From an uncultured Pseudomonadota bacterium (GTDB taxonomy: Bacteria > Pseudomonadota > Alphaproteobacteria > RF32 > CAG-239): DNA of 64,000 bases. Location of the stretch: assembly GCA_902763155.1 (NCBI GenBank), contig CACWQS010000011.1, positions 1,197-65,196 of the forward strand. Direction: 5' to 3'. Positions 58,602 through 64,000 of this stretch are shown piece by piece. The notes beneath the pieces were generated by a model. The model did not search any database. It had not been told where the DNA came from and saw only the letters and a list, made by a program, of their open reading frames with translations. The position numbers were made by a program, and so were the translations under genes. Positions within the stretch are counted from its first letter, which is position 1. Each line of letters starts with the position of its first letter.

Positions 58602-61600
58602 TTATTTTGTAATAATCGTCCCCATTACCGGCCGCGCCTCCCCCTCTAACGGGCGCAACAAACCGGTTGATGGTAAATCAACAATCACTTGCGGTTCGTC
58701 ATACGACTTCACAATAGTTCCGCTCACCACTCCGTTTGCTATATCTTCTTTAACGGTGCGCAAAACCTGTTGCGGTTCAATAGACTTAACCTTAGTTTCC
58801 GGCATTTTCTCCTCGGCTATTCCATTTTCCTTAGTCAGCAGATTGTCCTTATTTTCTTCCTGCTCTTTTTGTTTTATAGCTTGCCTGCGCACTTCTTCTG
58901 CTTCATAAATCACCCTTTTTTCGGCAATTATTTTATCAATATTTTCAAACATACGACTCATCAAATCCTGCATTTGCATAGAAAACTCATGCAATTTTTC
59001 TGTCTGTTCACGTACCTTTGGCAGTTTATTATCTAAATCGAGGATTTCTGTTACACCTTCAAGCGCAGTAAAGTCATCACTTAACTTATAATTACTCTCC
59101 CAGAACCGGTTACGCAAATCTTCCATTTGTAATTGCATATTACGCAAATTTTCATCGTTCGTAAGTTCCTGCGTTTCCCCATATTGTAAAATCTCCGAAA
59201 ACTTTGTTTGTAATCTTTTTTGATATTCATCATAAATATTACTATTCTCTTTCTTATAGATTTCCGCAAGATCTTTCTGATTGCTGATTTGTTGCTTATC
59301 ATCTTCATAATGTTGCGTCTTCAGAGAATCTTCTATTTGTGTAACTTCATCGTCATATTGTTTGCAGTGTAATCTAATTTGCACAATGTCATCTTGCGTA
59401 TAATCCGGTTTCCGTCCCATTTTCTGCATATCGTCTAATCTATTACTGATATTTTTTAAAATTTCTAATTGTTTCAAATACCATTTTCTATACTCATTAT
59501 CGTCTCCAAGCTTAACATATTCATCTAAATCCGCAATCAAATTGTTTACTCTGGCTGCTAATGTAGTCAAATCTTCTTGCGCTACCTCCATCGCAACCAT
59601 CAATTCCCGCTGTTGCAAATCTTTCTCCGCCTGTTTTTTGCGTTCAACTTCTGCCCAATATGCGTCATATTGTTCTGCCAATTTTTCCACATTAACATCA
59701 AGCGTAGGTTTATTTATTTGCCCGTCTAATACAAATGAGAAATTCGGTAAATCAAGCTGTTTCAGTTTTACATCAAATTCGTTATGCATACGCCAATCGC
59801 TAAGATGATCTTCACCGCTCATTTTTACATAAACATCATTATTTTCAATCTGCGTATTTTCAAAAATCCATACTCCTCCTTTTATATTGATTTTTCCGGA
59901 AAAATCAGTGAAATCTGTATGCCCCTTCTGCAAATTATCACGCACCATTTGGAAAACACCCGTTGAATAGGCGCGACCATTTAAATCTTTAACAACTGAA
60001 CCGAAATCCAAACCATTAAACCCGAAATCTTTTACCGAAAAATCAACAGTTCCGGAAAACTCATTCATAAAATCTTCTTCCGATGTTGCGGCAGAAGTGA
60101 AATTAGTAATTATTTTAGCAGTTCCAGAAGTTATCTTATATATTTTACCGCCTATATCGTGCAACTTAATATTCTCGGCCTCTAATTTGCCTGTAACTTT
60201 GGACCTTTTAGTATAATCAATCACTAACTCCCCGTTGAATAAAGCGTCGTTATATTCGAAACCAAGGGCCTCAAGACGTAATGTATTTTGCGCATTTTTA
60301 ATATGTGTTGACACGTTTCTAAACAGCAAGTCATCGAAAACAACACGCTCTGCTTCCAATTTAACATCTGCAACAAGCGTCTTATAAGCCGCAAAATTAT
60401 ATACATCACGATTAAACATCGGACGATTAATAAAATCATCAGCATAAACCAAACCGCTATCTATATTGTTTTTGGCGATTTGCACTTCCAAAACATTAGC
60501 TAGATCAAATTCTGAAGTTTTGATATTACCATTAGCATACCACGTATCGTCTCCGTGCTTAATTTGAATATCACCGCTATATTTCGCTGTGCCTAAAACA
60601 CATTCTGCACCGCTCAAAGACCAATCTTGCGTATTACCGACAATTTTCCCGCCACAATTAAACGCACTATTATTCTTTAACTTTTCCCAATGACCTCCCA
60701 AATCGTTAACCAGTCCTCCAAAATTAGTTGTTTTCAATTTAGCTTTGCCATCAAATTCAAAATTTTCGTTTTGGGCAATTTTTCCAACATAACTGAACTG
60801 AGTTTTATTAACGGTAACATTTGTCTCAATATTGGTCTCGCTAAAATTACCATTTATATATCCTTCTGCTTGCATCGGCTTATTTTTAAAAATATCCCAC
60901 TGCGGCAAATCCAGACCTAATTTACTGATAATTGGTGAAATATCCTGTGTTTTAAATTTATATCGCAAATCCTGAAATTCCACATTGTCGCTACCAATAC
61001 CATTAATATCTGCCGCCATAGATATCTGCATTCCCAAGACATTGCCTAAAATAAAATCAGTCAAATGCCAGATACCATCCTTATTATTAAACTCCAGTAA
61101 TACATCTTTTAATGGTACTCCGCGGAAAATTGCCGTAACAACGGAGGCATCAACTTTCCATTCTGTTGTTTGCAAAACTGTTAAGATAGCCAAATCCTTT
61201 TTAATTCTGGTAACTAAATCCATTGTTTCGTTATCAGTAGCAATATAATTATCGAAGTTTATATTATCTGCATTAAATTCCAATTGATATTTTGCAACTT
61301 CACCATGCCAATCTACTTTTAAACTTCCTTCAGCCTGCGTTTTATCAAGTATCATTTTAAAATCAGATATCACAAAATCCAAAGGATTTCCCGCTATATT
61401 AAACATTGCATCTATCCCGCGATAAGCCGATTGGCTCGGTGCTGTCAAATTTATCCCGAAAGTTCTGGCAAAAGTTGCAAAATTTTTCCCCTCTATACGT
61501 GATTTTACAAAGAAAACCGGTAATTGATTTTCCGATAGCAAACTACCGCTCATAGTCCAAACCACATTCCCCGGACAAGCAGCATAATATTCGTCTAAGC

Positions 61601-62759
61601 TAAGTTCGTTATTATGCCAACTTCCTTTAAACGACACATTTTCCAAAGCATTGTCAGCCGTATCTCCTATTACCATTCTTTGCATTGCTAAATCAAAGCT
61701 GACATCATATGGAGTTTGTGGTTCATAAGGCACTTGTTCCTGTTTATAGGCATCAAAAAGTATCTTTCCGCCCATTAAAAGCGGTCTGATATCTAAAGTT
61801 GCGAATTGGTATTTAATATCAATCAACGGCTTTTTATCTTTTTGCGAACGCCATGGTATATTAATATTTCCCGAACCTTCGATAATTTCGGCAAATTTTA
61901 ATGCCAAACTACTCATTTGTAATTCCGAGCTGTCAGACTTCAGATGAACCGAAAAAATAAACGGCAAATTAAGCATTTCAGGCAACATTTCTTGCCCATA
62001 TATAACGTTGACCAAAGTCGCAGGTTGCTGAAATTCTCCACTGAAATTTCCTTCAAAACTCCCGGTCGAAAAATTATATTTACCGTCATACAAAACATAG
62101 CCGTTAGAACGCGGATGAGTAATTGCAAAATTTAAAAACACATCATCTGTTTGCGAAATATCTCCTAAACCTACAGCAAAACCGAAATGATCATCACGAT
62201 TAACAAAATTACCATCTATCCGATACGGACCGGTAAAACTTTCCGCTGATATATCGGCGTTAAACTGTTCAAAATCTGTAACTATATTGTTTTTCTTATT
62301 CTGATAATGTATCAGCGCGTTTTGCACGCTAACTGTTTGATGATGATATTCCATACCGGCATCAAGAAAATAACCTTTATTTTGATTATTCCAATTCGAA
62401 ATTCCTTTTTCATTAACAATGTACCAAAGTTCTGCACCAATCAAAGACATGGCTTCAATTTCCGGCGTTCCGTCAAGTAAAGCCTTCAACGAAAGCTCCG
62501 CCTCAATATTTTGTATTGAGGCTAATTTTTCTGATGTTTCCGGATTAAGAATATTGACATTTTTAACAGATATATGCGGCTTAGGAAAAATCGAAACACT
62601 TAAGTTGCCGTCAAATTCTATTTTTTTACCCATGGTGTTTGAAAAACGAGAGGCAATGTCACTTTTATATGTGTTCCAGTCCAGATTTGCTATATAGGCT
62701 GTCAATCCGCCACCAATCAGTAATATTACCACCAAGGCAATCAAAATAACCTTTTTCAC
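58602..62759 (-). CDS. AsmA-family protein with about 330-residue C-terminal coiled-coil extension
   Basis: 1385 aa. An N-terminal TM and AsmA-like start (YIANLDWNTYKSDIASRFS..) lead into a long beta-rich body. A heptad-rich Glu/Lys/Gln helical region follows from about residue 1000. Confidence 0.75.
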   Translation of the reverse strand: MKKVILIALVVILLIGGGLTAYIANLDWNTYKSDIASRFSNTMGKKIEFDGNLSVSIFPKPHISVKNVNILNPETSEKLASIQNIEAELSLKALLDGTPEIEAMSLIGAELWYIVNEKGISNWNNQNKGYFLDAGMEYHHQTVSVQNALIHYQNKKNNIVTDFEQFNADISAESFTGPYRIDGNFVNRDDHFGFAVGLGDISQTDDVFLNFAITHPRSNGYVLYDGKYNFSTGSFEGNFSGEFQQPATLVNVIYGQEMLPEMLNLPFIFSVHLKSDSSELQMSSLALKFAEIIEGSGNINIPWRSQKDKKPLIDIKYQFATLDIRPLLMGGKILFDAYKQEQVPYEPQTPYDVSFDLAMQRMVIGDTADNALENVSFKGSWHNNELSLDEYYAACPGNVVWTMSGSLLSENQLPVFFVKSRIEGKNFATFARTFGINLTAPSQSAYRGIDAMFNIAGNPLDFVISDFKMILDKTQAEGSLKVDWHGEVAKYQLEFNADNINFDNYIATDNETMDLVTRIKKDLAILTVLQTTEWKVDASVVTAIFRGVPLKDVLLEFNNKDGIWHLTDFILGNVLGMQISMAADINGIGSDNVEFQDLRYKFKTQDISPIISKLGLDLPQWDIFKNKPMQAEGYINGNFSETNIETNVTVNKTQFSYVGKIAQNENFEFDGKAKLKTTNFGGLVNDLGGHWEKLKNNSAFNCGGKIVGNTQDWSLSGAECVLGTAKYSGDIQIKHGDDTWYANGNIKTSEFDLANVLEVQIAKNNIDSGLVYADDFINRPMFNRDVYNFAAYKTLVADVKLEAERVVFDDLLFRNVSTHIKNAQNTLRLEALGFEYNDALFNGELVIDYTKRSKVTGKLEAENIKLHDIGGKIYKITSGTAKIITNFTSAATSEEDFMNEFSGTVDFSVKDFGFNGLDFGSVVKDLNGRAYSTGVFQMVRDNLQKGHTDFTDFSGKINIKGGVWIFENTQIENNDVYVKMSGEDHLSDWRMHNEFDVKLKQLDLPNFSFVLDGQINKPTLDVNVEKLAEQYDAYWAEVERKKQAEKDLQQRELMVAMEVAQEDLTTLAARVNNLIADLDEYVKLGDDNEYRKWYLKQLEILKNISNRLDDMQKMGRKPDYTQDDIVQIRLHCKQYDDEVTQIEDSLKTQHYEDDKQQISNQKDLAEIYKKENSNIYDEYQKRLQTKFSEILQYGETQELTNDENLRNMQLQMEDLRNRFWESNYKLSDDFTALEGVTEILDLDNKLPKVREQTEKLHEFSMQMQDLMSRMFENIDKIIAEKRVIYEAEEVRRQAIKQKEQEENKDNLLTKENGIAEEKMPETKVKSIEPQQVLRTVKEDIANGVVSGTIVKSYDEPQVIVDLPSTGLLRPLEGEARPVMGTIITK

Positions 62760-62854
62760 CGCAGAATCTCCCTTAAAAATAAAGATAAACTTAACTTTTA
62801 GTGTATAATATTTATCTCAGAAATCAACATATTTTTTGTAATGTGAGGCAAAAA

Positions 62855-63259
62855 ATGACAAATTCAACACAACTACTTCAACAAGCACTATCTGCTCAGC
62901 TCAACGCCTATGCACCATATTCCGGTTTTGCTGTAGGAGCGGCAATTTTGACCCCAAGCGGAAAAATCTTCTGCGGTTGCAATGTTGAAAATGCTTCTTA
63001 TCCGTGCGGAACTTGCGCCGAAGCCGGAGCAATATCCGCCATGATTGCCGATGGTGAAAGACAAATTGCTGAAATTTTAGTATGCGCCGATGATGAATGC
63101 CTACTCCCTTGCGGTAATTGTTTGCAAAAAATTGCCGAATTTGCCTTGCCCGATACACTTGTTCACTGTGCAAATTTGGATAAAATTGTGCAAACATATC
63201 GTTTAACAGAGTTGTTGCCACACCGTTTTTATCTGGAGAATACGACCGATGACAGATGA
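62855..63259 (+). CDS. cdd: Cytidine deaminase
   Basis: Start at MTNSTQ (GTGAGG RBS). Zinc motifs CAEAGAI and PCGNCLQ. Confidence 0.85.
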   Translation: MTNSTQLLQQALSAQLNAYAPYSGFAVGAAILTPSGKIFCGCNVENASYPCGTCAEAGAISAMIADGERQIAEILVCADDECLLPCGNCLQKIAEFALPDTLVHCANLDKIVQTYRLTELLPHRFYLENTTDDR

Positions 63260-64000
63260 TATGCTGAAATTCTTAAAAGACAAACTTAACGGTTTTGAGC
63301 CCGATACCGCTATTGTACTTGGTTCGGGACTGGGAAGTTTCACTTCATTAATTAAAGATCCGATTATTATCCCTTATGCCGATATTCCACACGCACCAAC
63401 CCCTTCGGTCAGCGGGCATCAAGGACGATTTTGCGCCGGCATCATAGGCAGACATAAAGTAATTTGCCTGCAGGGACGAACACATCTTTATGAAGGCTTA
63501 AACCCACACATGATTGCTATGTCAACTCAGCAACTAAAAGATTTAGGTGTAAAAAGATTTATAGCCACCAATGCTGCCGGTTCATTGCGCGCCGATATGC
63601 CGGCCGGAAGTCTGATGCTAATCAGCGATCACATCAATTTCAGCGCCCGAAATCCTTTACTTGGTCCGCAAAAAGGAGCTCATTTTCCGGATATGAGCGC
63701 AGCTTATGATGCCGATTTGCGCCAAAAAATGCTGAAAATTGCCAAACGTGAAAACATTAAACTGCACGAAGGTATCTATCTTATGGTCTTAGGACCAAAC
63801 TATGAAACACCGGCTGAAGTGCGAATGTTTCGCAATTTCGGTGCCGATGCCGTAGGAATGTCCACCGTGCCTGAGGTAATTACGGCCGTTTATTGCGAGA
63901 TGAAAGTTCTGGGAATTTCGGTTATTTCAAATTTAGGTGCCGGATTAAACAAGGATAATTTAAATCACGAAGATGTATTAAAAACCGTTACCGATGCCGG
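63249..64000 (+). CDS. Purine nucleoside phosphorylase, trimeric PNP/PunA family (3' end outside window)
   Basis: My translation is MTDDMLKFLKDKL...VLGSGLG...VSGHQGRF...ATNAAGSL...GPNYETPAE...GMSTVPE. It overlaps the cdd stop and runs open to the window end. Confidence 0.85.
   Translation, partial: MTDDMLKFLKDKLNGFEPDTAIVLGSGLGSFTSLIKDPIIIPYADIPHAPTPSVSGHQGRFCAGIIGRHKVICLQGRTHLYEGLNPHMIAMSTQQLKDLGVKRFIATNAAGSLRADMPAGSLMLISDHINFSARNPLLGPQKGAHFPDMSAAYDADLRQKMLKIAKRENIKLHEGIYLMVLGPNYETPAEVRMFRNFGADAVGMSTVPEVITAVYCEMKVLGISVISNLGAGLNKDNLNHEDVLKTVTDA

Overview
AT-rich bacterial chromosome segment, densely packed with about 62 protein genes, mostly housekeeping. No rRNA, tRNA, CRISPR array, transposase or recognisable defence system was found. 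Gene content and local synteny look alphaproteobacterial: ccrM-type methyltransferase, ihfA next to a MerR regulator, SPOR-nagZ-tatA, Ppx/GppA-rlmE and a DUF1058 SH3 protein next to a Xer recombinase. PFOR (nifJ) and the [FeFe]-hydrogenase maturase HydF add an anaerobic signature. This lineage call is inference only.

The main observations beyond ordinary annotation are:
1. A structured repeat family with a conserved GTAC mini-palindrome at the apex of a variable stem. It sits directly after the stop codons of nifJ, a fadL-like OMP gene, hupB and rplJ, always in the same orientation relative to the upstream gene. At two loci it is amplified into tandem or mosaic arrays.
2. Two inverted copies of a roughly 220-275 bp MITE-like element with CGTCATTACGAGC terminal inverted repeats. 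They bracket a small membrane-protein cassette with foreign-looking codon usage, exactly where rpoBC would normally follow rplJL.
3. A single-gene GC-rich island encoding an M16-like pseudo-peptidase.
4. Several unusual domain architectures: an FtsK motor without N-terminal membrane or gamma domains, a GlmU with the uridyltransferase domain only, tandem Ppx/GppA paralogs, and an AsmA protein with a long coiled-coil tail.

All functional calls come from motif recognition by eye. No searches were run.
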